A stretch of DNA of 64,000 nt from Kiloniellaceae bacterium (GTDB taxonomy: Bacteria; Pseudomonadota; Alphaproteobacteria; Kiloniellales; J153). Shown here one piece after another: positions 27,817 to 39,553 of the stretch. The position numbers were made by a program, and so were the translations under genes. The notes under the pieces are model-generated. The model saw only the letters and a program-made list of their open reading frames with translations, did no database searches and was not told the origin of the DNA. The stretch is from contig JAJFGL010000016.1 in NCBI GenBank assembly GCA_021776135.1, positions 30,922 through 94,921 on the forward strand, in the 5' to 3' direction. Positions within the stretch are counted from its first letter, which is position 1, and each line of letters starts with the position of its first letter.

Positions 27817-29510
27817 CAAACCTGGTTACCGGGAACACCGCCGCCGCGCTTGAGACCGGGCGTACCCGCCTGCTGGTGGCCGGCGTCGTCTTCGCCCTGG
27901 CCTTCACCGCCGTCGGCGGCCGCCTGATCGAATTATCGCTTTCGGGCGCCGAGACGCCGCGTCACGCACAAGCCAAGGCAATATCGCGCCCCGCCACGGG
28001 ACGGGCCGAGATCCTCGACCGCAACGGGGTGATCCTGGCCGCCAACGTGCCGACAGCCTCGCTCTATGCCGATCCGCGCACGATCCGCGCCCCCGCGCGG
28101 GTCGCCGCCGCCCTAAGCAAAGTCCTGCCTGGGCAGAGCCGGGCCGAACTTCTGGCCAAGCTGACGGGCGACCAGGGCTTCGTCTGGATCGAGCGCAACC
28201 TGACCCCGCGCCAGCATTACGAAATCAATCGTTTGGGCGTTCCCGGCCTCAATTTCCGGCGCGAGGTTCAACGCATTTATCCGAACGGCAAGCTGGCCGC
28301 CCACGTTATCGGCTTTACCGATGTGGATACCGAGGGCCTGGCCGGTATCGAACGGTCCTTCAACGACACCTTGAAGGAAAGCGCGGCGCCGGTTCGTTTA
28401 AGCCTGGACGTTCGCGTTCAGCACATCTTGACCGAAGAACTGGCGGCGGCCATGAAGGACTTCGGCGCCATTGCCGCGACCGGCGTGGTCTTGGATGTGC
28501 GTAACGGCGAGACCTTGGCCATGGCGTCCCTGCCCGGCTTCGATCCCAGCCGCGCCGGCACCGCCTCGAGCAATACCCGCTTCAACCGCGCCAGCCTTGG
28601 GCTCTACGAGATGGGGTCGGTCTTCAAGATCTTCACCACCGCCCAGACCCTGGACAGCGGCACGGTCACGCTCAACGACAGCTACGATACCAGCAAGCCG
28701 ATCCGCATGGGGCGTTTCGCGATCACCGATTTCAAGCCCAAGAAAAGGCGCTTGTCGGTTCCTGAAATCTTCATGTACTCCAGCAACATCGGCACCGCTC
28801 TCATGGCCCAGGACGCCGGCACTTCGGCGCAGAAGGATTTTCTGAGCAAGCTGGGCCTGACCCGTGAATCGGACATCGAACTAAGCGAGGTCAGCCCGCC
28901 GCTTCTGCCTTCGCCCTGGCGCGACATCAATACCCTGACGATTTCCTACGGCCACGGCATCGCCGTCAGCCCGGTCCAGGTCGCCAGCGCGGTCGGCGCC
29001 ATCGTCAACGGCGGCGAGCTGGTTCCCACCACCTTGTTAAAGCGCGAAGCCGGGACGCCGATCGTCGTCCGCCAGGTGATTAGCTCCTCGACATCGCGCA
29101 CCATGCGCGACCTGATGCGCCTGGTCGTGCGTCAAGGCACCGGCAGAAAAGCGGCGGCGGAAAACCTCCTGGTCGGCGGCAAAACCGGCACCTCCGACAA
29201 GCTCGTGAACGGCCGCTATGCGCGCAACAAGCGCCTCGCGTCCTTTGTCGGGGCCTTTCCCATGCACGATCCGCGTTACGTCATCCTGATCATGGTCGAT
29301 GAGCCCAAGGGGACGAAGAAAACCTACAACTACGCCACCGGCGGCTGGGTCGCGGCGCCGGCCGTGCGCCGGGTGGTCGAACGGATCGCGCCGATCCTCG
29401 GTGTCATGCCGGTCGCCAAGGGCTTCGAGACCGAATCGAGCGAACGTTTGCTGGAGAGAACCCTGGCGCGCGCGCAACAAGCGAAGGCGCAACGGATTGC
29501 GGCTAACTGA
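27813..29510 (+). CDS. ftsI: Peptidoglycan D,D-transpeptidase FtsI (PBP3)
   Basis: SxxK (GSVFK), SxN (SSN), KTG (KTGTS). The ATG at 27813 overlaps the ftsL stop. Confidence 0.9.
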   Translation: MTNLVTGNTAAALETGRTRLLVAGVVFALAFTAVGGRLIELSLSGAETPRHAQAKAISRPATGRAEILDRNGVILAANVPTASLYADPRTIRAPARVAAALSKVLPGQSRAELLAKLTGDQGFVWIERNLTPRQHYEINRLGVPGLNFRREVQRIYPNGKLAAHVIGFTDVDTEGLAGIERSFNDTLKESAAPVRLSLDVRVQHILTEELAAAMKDFGAIAATGVVLDVRNGETLAMASLPGFDPSRAGTASSNTRFNRASLGLYEMGSVFKIFTTAQTLDSGTVTLNDSYDTSKPIRMGRFAITDFKPKKRRLSVPEIFMYSSNIGTALMAQDAGTSAQKDFLSKLGLTRESDIELSEVSPPLLPSPWRDINTLTISYGHGIAVSPVQVASAVGAIVNGGELVPTTLLKREAGTPIVVRQVISSSTSRTMRDLMRLVVRQGTGRKAAAENLLVGGKTGTSDKLVNGRYARNKRLASFVGAFPMHDPRYVILIMVDEPKGTKKTYNYATGGWVAAPAVRRVVERIAPILGVMPVAKGFETESSERLLERTLARAQQAKAQRIAAN

Positions 29511-29517
29511 ATTGCTT

Positions 29518-30969
29518 ATGGATGGGACTCACGACATGGCTGCCGGCAAGGCGGCGCGGGATCCGGACATCTTGGGTTTGACGGCGGACAGCCGTCAGGT
29601 CGGGCCCGGTTTCCTGTTCGCGGCCCTGCCCGGCGTCCAGGCCGACGGCCGCGACTTTATCGATCAAGCCGTGGCCAAGGGCGCGCTTGCGGTCCTGGCC
29701 CCCAGGGGCACCGAACTGAAAGCCTATGACCCGCCGGTCCGCCTGGTGACCGCCGAAAATCCACGGCGCCAACTGGCGCGCCTGGCGGCCCGGTTTCACG
29801 GCGCCCAGCCGGAAACCGTGGTGGCTTGCACGGGAACCAGCGGCAAGACCTCCGTCGCCAGTTTCACCCAGCAGCTTTGGCGCGCTCTGGGCTACAAGGC
29901 GGCCAGTATTGGAACTCTTGGCGTCACGCCGCCCCGTCCGGGGGCGCCGAAGTCCCTGACCACGCCGGACCCGGTTGAGTTGCACGCCTGTCTGGCGGAG
30001 TTGGCCCGCGACGGCGTGACGCGCCTGGTCATGGAGGCCTCCAGCCACGGATTGGATCAATACCGCTTGGACGGCATTAGAATCGCCGCCGCCGCCTTTA
30101 CCAATCTGTCGCGCGACCATCTGGACTACCACGACAGCATGGAAAGCTACCTGGCGGCGAAGCTGCGCCTGTTCAGCGAGCTTGTCAGCCCCAACGGCAC
30201 GGCGGTCGTCAACATCGATATCCCCGAGGCGGCGGCAATCCGCGAGGTCTGTGCCGGGCGCGGCCTGAAGACCATTACCTTTGGCACAGGCCCCAGCGAT
30301 CTGCGTCTGCGCCGCCAAGTTCCCAGCGCCCAAGGCCAGGACCTCAGCCTCGAGGTATTCGGCCGCGCCTACGACGTATCCCTGAAAATCGCGGGCACTT
30401 TCCAGGCCCTGAATGTCCTGGCGGCGCTCGGATTGGTCCTTGCCGGCGGCGCCGATGAAGAGGCCGCCGTTGCGGCCATGGCGGATTTAACCGGCGTTCC
30501 GGGCCGCCTCGAATCTCTTGGCGAAACTCCGGCTGGCGGTCATGTCTATGTGGACTACGCCCACAAGCCCGGCGCGCTCGAAGCGGTCTTGCAAGCTGTG
30601 CGGCCGCACACGCCCAACAAGCTTTGGGTCGTTTTCGGCTGCGGTGGCGACCGGGACGCAGGTAAGCGCCCGATAATGGGCGAGATAGCGGCCCGCCTGG
30701 CCGACCGGGTGATCGTCACCGACGACAATCCGCGCGGCGAAGACCCGGCGAAGATTCGCCGCGCGGTCATGGACGCGGCGCCGGGCGCGCGCGAGATCGG
30801 CGACCGCACCGAAGCCATCGCCGCCGCCGTCGCCGGAATGGACGCCGGCGATACCCTGATTATCGCCGGCAAGGGCCATGAAACCGGCCAGATCGTCGGG
30901 TCCAGGGTTTTACCCTTCGACGACCGGGAGGTCGCGCGCACGGCCCTGGCATCCGGGGGCGCCTCATGA
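29518..30969 (+). CDS. murE: UDP-N-acetylmuramoyl-L-alanyl-D-glutamate--2,6-diaminopimelate ligase
   Basis: TGTSGKTS P-loop, DYAHKP, and the DNPR motif (VTDDNPRGEDP) typical of mDAP-adding MurE. Confidence 0.9.
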   Translation: MDGTHDMAAGKAARDPDILGLTADSRQVGPGFLFAALPGVQADGRDFIDQAVAKGALAVLAPRGTELKAYDPPVRLVTAENPRRQLARLAARFHGAQPETVVACTGTSGKTSVASFTQQLWRALGYKAASIGTLGVTPPRPGAPKSLTTPDPVELHACLAELARDGVTRLVMEASSHGLDQYRLDGIRIAAAAFTNLSRDHLDYHDSMESYLAAKLRLFSELVSPNGTAVVNIDIPEAAAIREVCAGRGLKTITFGTGPSDLRLRRQVPSAQGQDLSLEVFGRAYDVSLKIAGTFQALNVLAALGLVLAGGADEEAAVAAMADLTGVPGRLESLGETPAGGHVYVDYAHKPGALEAVLQAVRPHTPNKLWVVFGCGGDRDAGKRPIMGEIAARLADRVIVTDDNPRGEDPAKIRRAVMDAAPGAREIGDRTEAIAAAVAGMDAGDTLIIAGKGHETGQIVGSRVLPFDDREVARTALASGGAS

Positions 30970-32390
30970 GCCCCGATATCCTTTGGAGCGCGGCCGAGGT
31001 GGCCGAGGCGACGGGTGGGCGCAACACCGCCACCTGGCGCGCGACTGGAGTCTCCATCGACACCCGCAGCCTGCAAGCGGGCGATCTTTTCGTCGCCTTG
31101 GCTGGACCGAGCTTCGACGGTCACGATTTCATCGAGCGGGCCTTCGCGGCCGGGGCGGTTGCGGTGATGTCGCACCGCGAACCGCAGGGCCCCACACCCG
31201 GCCCCATGCTGATCGTCGACGATACCCTCGCCGCTTTATGGCGTCTTGGCGCGGCGGCGCGCGTCCGCAGCCAAGCCCGCATCGTCGGCGTGACCGGCAG
31301 TGTCGGCAAGACCGGCACCAAGGAGGCGCTGGCCACTTGTCTAGGCGCTCAGGCGCCGGTGACCGCGAGCCGTGGCGGGCTCAACAACCATTGGGGGCTG
31401 CCCCTGAGCCTGGCGCGCATGTCGCGCCAAGCGGCTTACGGCATATTCGAGATCGGCATGAACCACGCCGGCGAACTGCGCGAACTGAGCCGCCTGCTGA
31501 AGCCGGAGGTGGCGCTGATAACCACGGTCGAGCCGGTTCACATCGGCCACTTCGCGAGTGTGGAGGAAATCGCCGACGCCAAGGCAGAGATATTCGAGGG
31601 CATGACCGCCAAGGGAACCGCGGTTCTAAACCGCGACAACCCGCACTTCGATAGGCTGGCCCGCCATGCCGAGGCCGCCAAACTGCATCGCGTTATCGCC
31701 TTCGGGGCCCACCGGGACGCCGATGTCCGGGTCACAGAATCGACCCTGCACGCCGGCGGCAGCGAGGTCCGGGCCGAAGTCTTCGGCGCCCCCCTGAACT
31801 TCACCGTCGCCCTGCCGGGCGCCCACTGGGTCGCGAACTCCCTGGCGGTCCTGGCCACGGTCACGGCCCTGGGCGCGGACGTGCCGGCGGCGGCGGCGCA
31901 ACTGGCCAGGCTGTCGCCGGTCAAGGGGCGCGGCACCCGGCACACAATCCAAAGGCCGGGCGGCGCCTTGCTGTTGATCGACGAATCTTACAACGCCAGC
32001 CCCGCCTCCATGCGCGCCGCCATCGATGTCCTGAGCCGGGCCGAGACCGGCCCCGGCGGCCGCCGCATCGCCGTCCTGGGCGATATGCTGGAGCTCGGCG
32101 CGGGCGCATCCGAGGCGCACCTGGGCCTGGACGCCCCGTTACGCGGCGCGAAGATCGATCTGGCGATTACCTGCGGCCCCCATATGGCGGGCCTGCAGGA
32201 TGCCCTGCCCCGGTCCATGCGCGGCGGCCACGGCGCCGATTCCCGCGCCGCGGCGGGGCTGATACTGGACACCGCCGCCGCCGGCGACGTGGTTATGGTC
32301 AAGGGATCCCTGGGCAGCCGCATGGCCGTGGTTATCGAGGCGATTCTCAACAGCGACGCGCCCGCGCCCCGCGCGGCCAACGGCGGCTAG
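30966..32390 (+). CDS. murF: UDP-N-acetylmuramoyl-tripeptide--D-alanyl-D-alanine ligase
   Basis: [21 protein letters not shown], and its position in the dcw cluster. Confidence 0.9.
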   Translation: MSPDILWSAAEVAEATGGRNTATWRATGVSIDTRSLQAGDLFVALAGPSFDGHDFIERAFAAGAVAVMSHREPQGPTPGPMLIVDDTLAALWRLGAAARVRSQARIVGVTGSVGKTGTKEALATCLGAQAPVTASRGGLNNHWGLPLSLARMSRQAAYGIFEIGMNHAGELRELSRLLKPEVALITTVEPVHIGHFASVEEIADAKAEIFEGMTAKGTAVLNRDNPHFDRLARHAEAAKLHRVIAFGAHRDADVRVTESTLHAGGSEVRAEVFGAPLNFTVALPGAHWVANSLAVLATVTALGADVPAAAAQLARLSPVKGRGTRHTIQRPGGALLLIDESYNASPASMRAAIDVLSRAETGPGGRRIAVLGDMLELGAGASEAHLGLDAPLRGAKIDLAITCGPHMAGLQDALPRSMRGGHGADSRAAAGLILDTAAAGDVVMVKGSLGSRMAVVIEAILNSDAPAPRAANGG

Positions 32391-32401
32391 GAGAAGCGCG
32401 C

Positions 32402-33490
32402 ATGCTCTATCACCTTCTGGTTCCCCTGGCCGACGACTTCAGCGTCTTCAACGTCTTCCGCTATATTACGTTTCGTAGCGGCGCGGCGGTTCTGACCGCG
32501 CTGATCGTCAGCTTTATCATGGGCCCCAGAATCATCGCTTGGCTGCGCTCGCGCCAGCGCGGGGGACAGCCGATCCGGGACGACGGGCCGGCCAGCCACC
32601 TGCTGACCAAGCAGGGCACGCCGACCATGGGCGGCTTGATGATCTTACTGGCGATCACGGTCTCGACCCTGCTTTGGGCCGACCTGACCAATGGCTACGT
32701 CTGGGCGGTCATGGCCGTCACCGGCGGCTTCGGGCTGGTCGGTTTCGGCGACGATTACCTAAAGCTGACCCGGCGCAACTCCAAGGGCCTGCCCGGGCGC
32801 GTCAAGTTGGTCCTGCAGGTCGTCATCGCCCTCGGCGCCTCGGCTTGGATCGTGGCCCTAACCCCCGGCGAGATCGGCACCCACCTGGCGATTCCTTTCC
32901 TCAAGCATTTGCTTATAAATCTAGGCTGGTTCTTTATTCCCTTCGCGGTTCTGGTCATGGTCGGCGCGTCCAACGCGGTCAACCTCACCGATGGGCTGGA
33001 CGGCCTGGCGACGGTGCCGGTGATGATCGCGGCCGGGTGTTTCGCCCTCATCGCCTACCTGGTCGGCAATTCGGTTTTCGCCAATTACCTGCAACTGCAA
33101 TACGTGGCCGGCAGCGGCGAGCTGGCGGTTTTCTGTTCCGCCCTGGTGGGCGCCAGCCTTGGGTTTCTTTGGTTCAACGCCCCGCCCGCCATGGTGTTCA
33201 TGGGCGATACCGGATCGCTATCGTGCGGCGGCGCCCTGGCCGGAGTCGCGGTGGTGACCAAGCACGAGCTGGTCCTGGCGATCATCGGCGGTCTTTTCGT
33301 CTTGGAAACCGTCTCGGTCATCGTTCAGGTCGCCTCCTTCAAGATGACTGGCAAGCGCGTCTTCCGCATGGCGCCGCTGCACCATCACTTCGAACAGAAG
33401 GGCTGGGCCGAACCGACCATCGTCATTCGTTTTTGGATCATCGCCTCGATCCTGGCCTTGGCTGGACTGTCCAGCCTGAAATTGAGATGA
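32402..33490 (+). CDS. mraY: Phospho-N-acetylmuramoyl-pentapeptide transferase
   Basis: [30 protein letters not shown]. Confidence 0.95.
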   Translation: MLYHLLVPLADDFSVFNVFRYITFRSGAAVLTALIVSFIMGPRIIAWLRSRQRGGQPIRDDGPASHLLTKQGTPTMGGLMILLAITVSTLLWADLTNGYVWAVMAVTGGFGLVGFGDDYLKLTRRNSKGLPGRVKLVLQVVIALGASAWIVALTPGEIGTHLAIPFLKHLLINLGWFFIPFAVLVMVGASNAVNLTDGLDGLATVPVMIAAGCFALIAYLVGNSVFANYLQLQYVAGSGELAVFCSALVGASLGFLWFNAPPAMVFMGDTGSLSCGGALAGVAVVTKHELVLAIIGGLFVLETVSVIVQVASFKMTGKRVFRMAPLHHHFEQKGWAEPTIVIRFWIIASILALAGLSSLKLR

Positions 33491-33503
33491 AGGAGCGCGG
33501 CGC

Positions 33504-34901
33504 GTGATCGACCTCGGCTTCTTCAGCGGTTATCCCGTCGCGGTCCTGGGCCTTGGCAGGTCCGGACTGGCGGCGGCGCGCGCCCTTCACGCGGCCGGCG
33601 CCGAGGTTTGGGCCTGGGACGACAACGAAGACCGGCGCGCCGCCGCGCGGGCCAAGGACATTCCGCTGGTCGATCTGATGACCTGCAATTGGCGGGAGCC
33701 GACCACGCTGGTTATCTCGCCGGGTATTCCCCACACCCACCCCGCGCCGCACCCGGCCGCCGCCCTTGCCCGCGCCAACAATGTCGAGATCGTCGGCGAC
33801 ATAGAGCTTTTGGCCCGCGCCCAGCGTAACGCGCAATACATCGGCATCACCGGCACCAACGGCAAATCGACCGCGACCTCCCTGATCGGCCATATTTTCC
33901 AACTGGCCGGGCGCGGAGTTGCGGTCGGCGGCAACCTGGGCGTACCGGCCCTGGAGCTCGAGCCCTTGGACACGGGCGGCACCTACGTTCTAGAGATGTC
34001 GTCCTATCAACTCGAGATAACGCTCTCCATCACCTTCGATATCGCGGTGTTGTTGAATATCTCGCCCGATCACCTGGATCGTCACGGCGGCATGGACGGC
34101 TATATCACGGCCAAGAAACAAATCTTTCACCGGCAAACCCGACCGCGCACGGCCATCGTCGGTGTCGACGACGATATCTGCCGCCGTATTTTCGACGATC
34201 TGCGCGCCGCCGGCGACCAAGACGTGGTTCCGGTCTCGGGCAAGCGGCGCTGCGCCGGCGGTGTCTATGCTCTGGACGGGGTCTTGCACGACGACACCGA
34301 CGGTCAGGCCCTGGCGGTCATGGGCCTGAGCGAGATCGCGACCCTGCCCGGCGCCCACAACTGGCAGAACGCGGCGGCGGCCTATGCGGCCTGCAAGGCG
34401 GCGGGCATCGAAGCGCCGGTTATCGCCGCCTGTCTGCGCAGCTTCCCCGGTCTGGCTCACCGTCAGGAGCTGATCGCGTCCATCGACGGCATCGCCTATA
34501 TCAATGATTCCAAAGCCACCAACGCCGACGCCGCCGGCAAGGCGCTGTCGTGCTACGACCAGGTCTATTGGATCGCCGGTGGCCAAGCCAAGGACGGCGG
34601 CCTCGACGGCATGGAGCCCCCCTATACGCGCATCGCCCATGCCTTTCTTATCGGCGAGGCGGAAGCCGATTTCGCCGCGGCGCTGAACGGCAAGGTCGCC
34701 CTGTCCCGCTGCGGCACCTTGGAACGGGCCGTACCCAGCGCCCGCGAGTTGGCCCTGGCCGAAGCCAAGGACGGCGCGGTGGTGCTGCTGTCTCCGGCCT
34801 GCGCCTCCTTCGACCAATTCACCGACTTCGAGGCCCGTGGCGAAGCCTTTCGCACCCTGGTCGAGGCCCTTCCCGGCGCGCGGGAGGTCATGGCGCCATG
34901 A
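33504..34901 (+). CDS. murD: UDP-N-acetylmuramoylalanine--D-glutamate ligase
   Basis: GTG start; GITGTNGKST, INDSKATN. Confidence 0.9.
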   Translation: MIDLGFFSGYPVAVLGLGRSGLAAARALHAAGAEVWAWDDNEDRRAAARAKDIPLVDLMTCNWREPTTLVISPGIPHTHPAPHPAAALARANNVEIVGDIELLARAQRNAQYIGITGTNGKSTATSLIGHIFQLAGRGVAVGGNLGVPALELEPLDTGGTYVLEMSSYQLEITLSITFDIAVLLNISPDHLDRHGGMDGYITAKKQIFHRQTRPRTAIVGVDDDICRRIFDDLRAAGDQDVVPVSGKRRCAGGVYALDGVLHDDTDGQALAVMGLSEIATLPGAHNWQNAAAAYAACKAAGIEAPVIAACLRSFPGLAHRQELIASIDGIAYINDSKATNADAAGKALSCYDQVYWIAGGQAKDGGLDGMEPPYTRIAHAFLIGEAEADFAAALNGKVALSRCGTLERAVPSARELALAEAKDGAVVLLSPACASFDQFTDFEARGEAFRTLVEALPGAREVMAP

Positions 34902-36025
34902 TCCACCTTGCCCGCAACGACACCAGTCTTCTGGGCCGCTGGTGGTGGACCTTGGACCGCTGGACCCTGGCGGCCATCGTCACGCTCATGGGTTTCGGCA
35001 CCGTCCTCATCATGTCGGTATCCCCCGCGGCAGCGTCGCGGATCGAAGGCCTGGGCGCCTTTCAATTGGCGCAACGACAGTTTGTATTCCTCGCCCTGGC
35101 CCTGGCTGTGGTGATCGCGGTGTCCTTGCTCGACGGCCGAAGCGTCCGCCGCTTGGCGGTCCTGGGACTGGCCGGCAGCTATATCCTCTTGGCGGCCACG
35201 CTTCTGATCGGTCCGGAAATCAAGGGCGCGACCCGCTGGTTGAATCTGGGCGGTTTTTCGTTCCAGCCGTCCGAGTTCGCCAAGCCGTTCTTCGCCGTCG
35301 GCGCCGCCTGGATGCTGGCGTGCCAAAAATCCGGGACCGGCGTCCCCGGCCTGTGGATTGCGGCCGCCATGTGGGCGATCTTGATTGGCTTGCTGCTTGC
35401 CCAGCCGGACCTTGGCCAGACCGTCATCGTCACGGCAATCTGGGGTTTGCAGCTTTTCCTGGCCGGCATGTCCCTGACCCTGGTCGCCGTCATGGCGGCG
35501 CTGGGTCTTTTCGGCTTGGCCGGCGCCTACTTCATGTACCCGCACGTCGCGGCGCGCATCGACGGCTTTTTCGATGCCGGCGCCGGCGACCGTTATCAGA
35601 TAGACCGCTCGCTCGAGGCCTTCTCGCGCGGCGGCCTGCTCGGGCGCGGCCCCGGCGAAGGCAGCGTCAAGGCGCAACTGCCCGATGCCCATTCCGATTT
35701 CATTTTCGCCGTCGCGGGCGAGGAACTGGGCCTCATCGCCTGCCTGGTCATTGTCGCCCTGTTCGCCTTCATCGTACTGCGTGGTTTTTCTCACCTGTTG
35801 CAGGAAAACAGCATCTTCGTGTTGCTGGCCTGCACCGGCTTGCTGGGTCAATTCGGGCTTCAGGCCCTGATCAACATGGGCTCGAGTCTCAGTCTCATCC
35901 CCACCAAAGGCATGACCCTGCCCTTCATTTCCTACGGCGGATCGTCGCTTCTGGCCTTGGCGTTTGGCATGGGCATGGTCTTGGCGCTGACCCGGCGGCG
36001 CGCCGGGACCGGAGAGATCCTATGA
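34898..36025 (+). CDS. ftsW: Peptidoglycan glycosyltransferase FtsW (SEDS family)
   Basis: Within ORF 34550... The ATG at 34898 overlaps the murD stop. Has FQPSEFAK, DFIFAV.GEELG and PTKGMTLPFISYGGSS. Confidence 0.9.
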   Translation: MIHLARNDTSLLGRWWWTLDRWTLAAIVTLMGFGTVLIMSVSPAAASRIEGLGAFQLAQRQFVFLALALAVVIAVSLLDGRSVRRLAVLGLAGSYILLAATLLIGPEIKGATRWLNLGGFSFQPSEFAKPFFAVGAAWMLACQKSGTGVPGLWIAAAMWAILIGLLLAQPDLGQTVIVTAIWGLQLFLAGMSLTLVAVMAALGLFGLAGAYFMYPHVAARIDGFFDAGAGDRYQIDRSLEAFSRGGLLGRGPGEGSVKAQLPDAHSDFIFAVAGEELGLIACLVIVALFAFIVLRGFSHLLQENSIFVLLACTGLLGQFGLQALINMGSSLSLIPTKGMTLPFISYGGSSLLALAFGMGMVLALTRRRAGTGEIL

Positions 36026-37167
36026 CCGCGCGGGAGATGAAGCGTATCGCGCTCGGCGCCGGCGGCACCGGGGGACATATGTTCCCGGCGCAAGCCCTGG
36101 CGCGCGAACTGCTGGCGCGCGGTATCGGCGTCGCCCTTATTACCGACCGGCGCGGCGGCGGCTTCGGCCCCGATCTGCCGCAAGTCGAAACTTACCGGAT
36201 CAGCGCCGGCGCCTGGGCCGGGCGCGGCCCCCTGGGCAAGGCGGCGAACGTCTTGCGCCTGGGTCTCGGATACCTGCAAGCACGCAGATTTCTCAAGGCT
36301 TTCGCGGCCGATGGCGTGGTCGGTTTCGGCGGTTATCCCTCGGTGCCGACGGTTTTCGCCGGATCGCACCTGGGCCTGCGGGTGGTGCTGCACGAACAGA
36401 ACGCGGTTCTGGGCCGCGCCAACCGCCTGCTCGCGGGGCGCGCGGAGTCCCTCGCCACCTCCTATGCCGAGATCGATGGCGTGCCCGCCTCCTGCTTCGC
36501 GAAAACCCGCTATACCGGCAACCCGGTCCGGCCCGCCATCGCGGCCCTGGGTAAGCGGCCCTATGCCTTGCCGGACGGGAACGCGGCGATCCGCCTTCTG
36601 GTGACCGGCGGCAGCCAAGGCGCAAGCATCTTCAACGATGTCGTGCCGGATGCCCTGTGCCGCCTGCCGCAAAATCTGCGCGCCCGCATCGAAATCTGCC
36701 AGCAAGTGCGCGGGCCGGTGGGCGCGCGTATCGCCACGGCTTACGATGCCTGCGGTATACGTCACGAGCTGCGGGAATTTTTCGACGACATGCCGGAACG
36801 CCTGGCCGCCGCGCACCTGGTCATTTGCCGCGCCGGCGCCTCGACCGTGAGCGAGTTGACGGCCGCCGGCCGGCCGGGCCTCCTGGTCCCCTACCCCGCG
36901 GCCGCCGACGACCACCAGAGCGCAAATGCGCGGCGCCTGGCCGACGCGGGCGGCGGCTGGCTCATCCCGCAAGCGGCCTTGACCGCGCCCTACCTGGCGG
37001 AACGGCTGACCTCCCTGCTGTCCAACCCGGCGCTTCTAGGCAAGGCCTCGCGCTGCGCCCGCGCCGCCGCCCGGGACGACGCGGCGAAAGCCCTGGCCGC
37101 GCTTGTGTGCGCGCCTGACCATGACAACGGCGATACCCGCGCCGAACGGGGAAAGGCCGCGGCATGA
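36022..37167 (+). CDS. murG: UDP-N-acetylglucosamine--N-acetylmuramyl-(pentapeptide) pyrophosphoryl-undecaprenol GlcNAc transferase
   Basis: [33 protein letters not shown] 36022 overlaps the ftsW stop. Confidence 0.9.
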   Translation: MTAREMKRIALGAGGTGGHMFPAQALARELLARGIGVALITDRRGGGFGPDLPQVETYRISAGAWAGRGPLGKAANVLRLGLGYLQARRFLKAFAADGVVGFGGYPSVPTVFAGSHLGLRVVLHEQNAVLGRANRLLAGRAESLATSYAEIDGVPASCFAKTRYTGNPVRPAIAALGKRPYALPDGNAAIRLLVTGGSQGASIFNDVVPDALCRLPQNLRARIEICQQVRGPVGARIATAYDACGIRHELREFFDDMPERLAAAHLVICRAGASTVSELTAAGRPGLLVPYPAAADDHQSANARRLADAGGGWLIPQAALTAPYLAERLTSLLSNPALLGKASRCARAAARDDAAKALAALVCAPDHDNGDTRAERGKAAA

Positions 37168-38606
37168 GAAGTCTCCCGCTTAACATCGGCACTATCCACT
37201 TCGTCGGCATCGGCGGTATCGGCATGAGCGGTATCGCGGAAATACTCCATAACCTGAACTACAAGGTTCAAGGCAGCGACCTGGCGGACAACGCGAACGT
37301 TCAGCGCCTGCGGGCCCTGGGCATTCCGGTCGAGGTCGGCCACAAGGCCGAGAACGTGGAGAACGTTCAAGCCGTGGTCGTATCCTCGGCGGTGAAAGCC
37401 GAAAATCCGGAGGTCGCCGCGGCGCGCGCGCGCCTGATCCCCATCGTCCGGCGCGCCGAGATGCTGGGCGAGCTCATGCGTTTGAAGTGGGCGGTAGCGG
37501 TCGGCGGCACCCACGGCAAGACGACCACGACATCGCTCATCGCCGCCTTGTTGGACGGCGGCGGCATCGACCCGACCGTTATCATCGGCGGCATCGTGAA
37601 TGCTTATGGCACCAACGCGCGCCTGGGTCAGGGCGACTGGATGCTGGTCGAAGCGGATGAAAGCGACGGCAGCTTCACCAAGTTACCCGCGACCATCGCC
37701 GTGGTCACGAATATCGACCCGGAACACATGGAGTTCTATGGCTCGATCGAAGCCCTGCACGACGCCTTCGAGGTCTTCGTGGAGAATATCCCGTTTTACG
37801 GCCTGGCGGTTCTGTGCATCGATCACCCGGCGGTGCAGGCGCTCATAGGCCGGATCGAGGACCGGCGCATCGTCACCTACGGCTTCAGCCCCCAAGCGGA
37901 CGTGCGCGCGGTCAACTTGTCCGCAGGGCGGGGGTCGCAGCAATTCGACATTGAAATCGAAGGCCGCGCCGAGGAAGCCAAGACCTCCATCGAGGGCATC
38001 AATTTGCCCATGGCGGGTGAGCATAACGTGCTGAACGCCCTGGCCGCGATCGCGGTCGCGCGCGAGATCGGAGTCGCGGACGAAAAAATAATCAGCGCCA
38101 TGGCCGGCTTCGCGGGGGTCAAGCGCCGCTTCACCAAGACCGGCGAAGTCAGGGGCATCACGGTCATCGACGATTACGGCCACCATCCGGTCGAAATCGC
38201 GGCGGTTCTGAAAGCGGCGCGCCAAGCCTCCGACGCCAAGGTCATCGCGGTCGTGCAGCCGCATCGCTACAGCCGCCTCGCCGACCTGTTCGAAGAGTTC
38301 TGCTCCTGTTTCAACGATGCCGACCACGTCATCGTGGCCGACGTCTATGCGGCCGGAGAGACGCCCATCGAGGGCGCCGACCGTGACGGTCTGGTCGAAG
38401 GCATGCGCGCGCGCGGCCACCGCAACGTCACCGCCTTGACGGACCGGACCCTGCTGGCCCCGCTGATTTCCGAGTTGGCGAAGCCGGGCGACTACGTGGT
38501 CTGCCTGGGCGCCGGCAACATCACGGCCTGGGCGCACGACTTGCCGGCCGAGCTTGAACGAACGATCGCGTCGCGGGGCCCGAAATCGGCGGAGATAGGG
38601 CGATGA
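37164..38606 (+). CDS. murC: UDP-N-acetylmuramate--L-alanine ligase
   Basis: [35 protein letters not shown]. Confidence 0.95.
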   Translation: MRSLPLNIGTIHFVGIGGIGMSGIAEILHNLNYKVQGSDLADNANVQRLRALGIPVEVGHKAENVENVQAVVVSSAVKAENPEVAAARARLIPIVRRAEMLGELMRLKWAVAVGGTHGKTTTTSLIAALLDGGGIDPTVIIGGIVNAYGTNARLGQGDWMLVEADESDGSFTKLPATIAVVTNIDPEHMEFYGSIEALHDAFEVFVENIPFYGLAVLCIDHPAVQALIGRIEDRRIVTYGFSPQADVRAVNLSAGRGSQQFDIEIEGRAEEAKTSIEGINLPMAGEHNVLNALAAIAVAREIGVADEKIISAMAGFAGVKRRFTKTGEVRGITVIDDYGHHPVEIAAVLKAARQASDAKVIAVVQPHRYSRLADLFEEFCSCFNDADHVIVADVYAAGETPIEGADRDGLVEGMRARGHRNVTALTDRTLLAPLISELAKPGDYVVCLGAGNITAWAHDLPAELERTIASRGPKSAEIGR

Positions 38607-39553
38607 CAGTCATGACAAAGCCACAGGAAACGACCTTAACCGGCCGCCTGCCCAAGGTGCGCGGCCGCTACCGCGAGAATGCCCGCCTTGCCGGGGTCAC
38701 ATGGTTTCGCGTCGGCGGTCCCGCCGAGGTTGTGTTCCGGCCGGCGGACGTCGAGGATTTGTCGTATTTCCTGCACCACAAGCCCGCCGATGTCCCGGTC
38801 ATGGTGATCGGCGTCGGCTCCAACCTCCTGGTCCGCGACGGCGGCGTTCCGGGGGTCGTGGTGCGCCTGGGCCGCGCCTTCGCCGATATCGCGATCGAGG
38901 GCCGGAACATCGACTGCGGCGCGGCCTGCCTGGACCTGAACGTGGCGGCCACGGCCAAGAACATGGGTCTGGCCGGCTTGGAATTCCTGTGCGGCGTACC
39001 CGGGACCATCGGCGGCGCCCTGCGCATGAATGCGGGCGCCTATGGACGCGAAACCAAGGACATTCTTATCGAGGCCAAAGCCCTGGACCCGCTCGGGCAA
39101 ATCCACGTCCTCAAGGGCGGCGAGCTGGGCATGAGCTACCGCAAGTCGGCCCTGCCCTGCGATTGGATCTTCGTCCAGGCCCGCCTGCGCGGCGAGCCGG
39201 GCGACCCGGAGGTCATCGCCCGGCGCATGACGGAAATTCAGGCCGCGCGCGGCGGCAGCCAGCCGGTCCGCAGCCGAACCGGCGGCTCGACCTTCAAGAA
39301 CCCGCCCGGCCACAAGGCCTGGGAGCTTATCGACAAGGCCGGTTGCCGGGGCTTGCGGCGCGGGGCGGCCATGGTTTCGGAACAGCACTGCAATTTCCTG
39401 ATCAATACCGGCGGCGCCACGGCGGCCGATCTGGAATTCCTGGGCGAAGAGGTCCGCTCACGGGTTTTCCAGGCCAGCGGCATCCGCTTGGAGTGGGAAA
39501 TCCGGCGCATCGGACTGCCGAGCGTGCCGCGCGACTGGGGCGGCGCCCTATGA
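38603..39553 (+). CDS. murB: UDP-N-acetylenolpyruvoylglucosamine reductase
   Basis: [27 protein letters not shown]. Confidence 0.9.
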   Translation: MTVMTKPQETTLTGRLPKVRGRYRENARLAGVTWFRVGGPAEVVFRPADVEDLSYFLHHKPADVPVMVIGVGSNLLVRDGGVPGVVVRLGRAFADIAIEGRNIDCGAACLDLNVAATAKNMGLAGLEFLCGVPGTIGGALRMNAGAYGRETKDILIEAKALDPLGQIHVLKGGELGMSYRKSALPCDWIFVQARLRGEPGDPEVIARRMTEIQAARGGSQPVRSRTGGSTFKNPPGHKAWELIDKAGCRGLRRGAAMVSEQHCNFLINTGGATAADLEFLGEEVRSRVFQASGIRLEWEIRRIGLPSVPRDWGGAL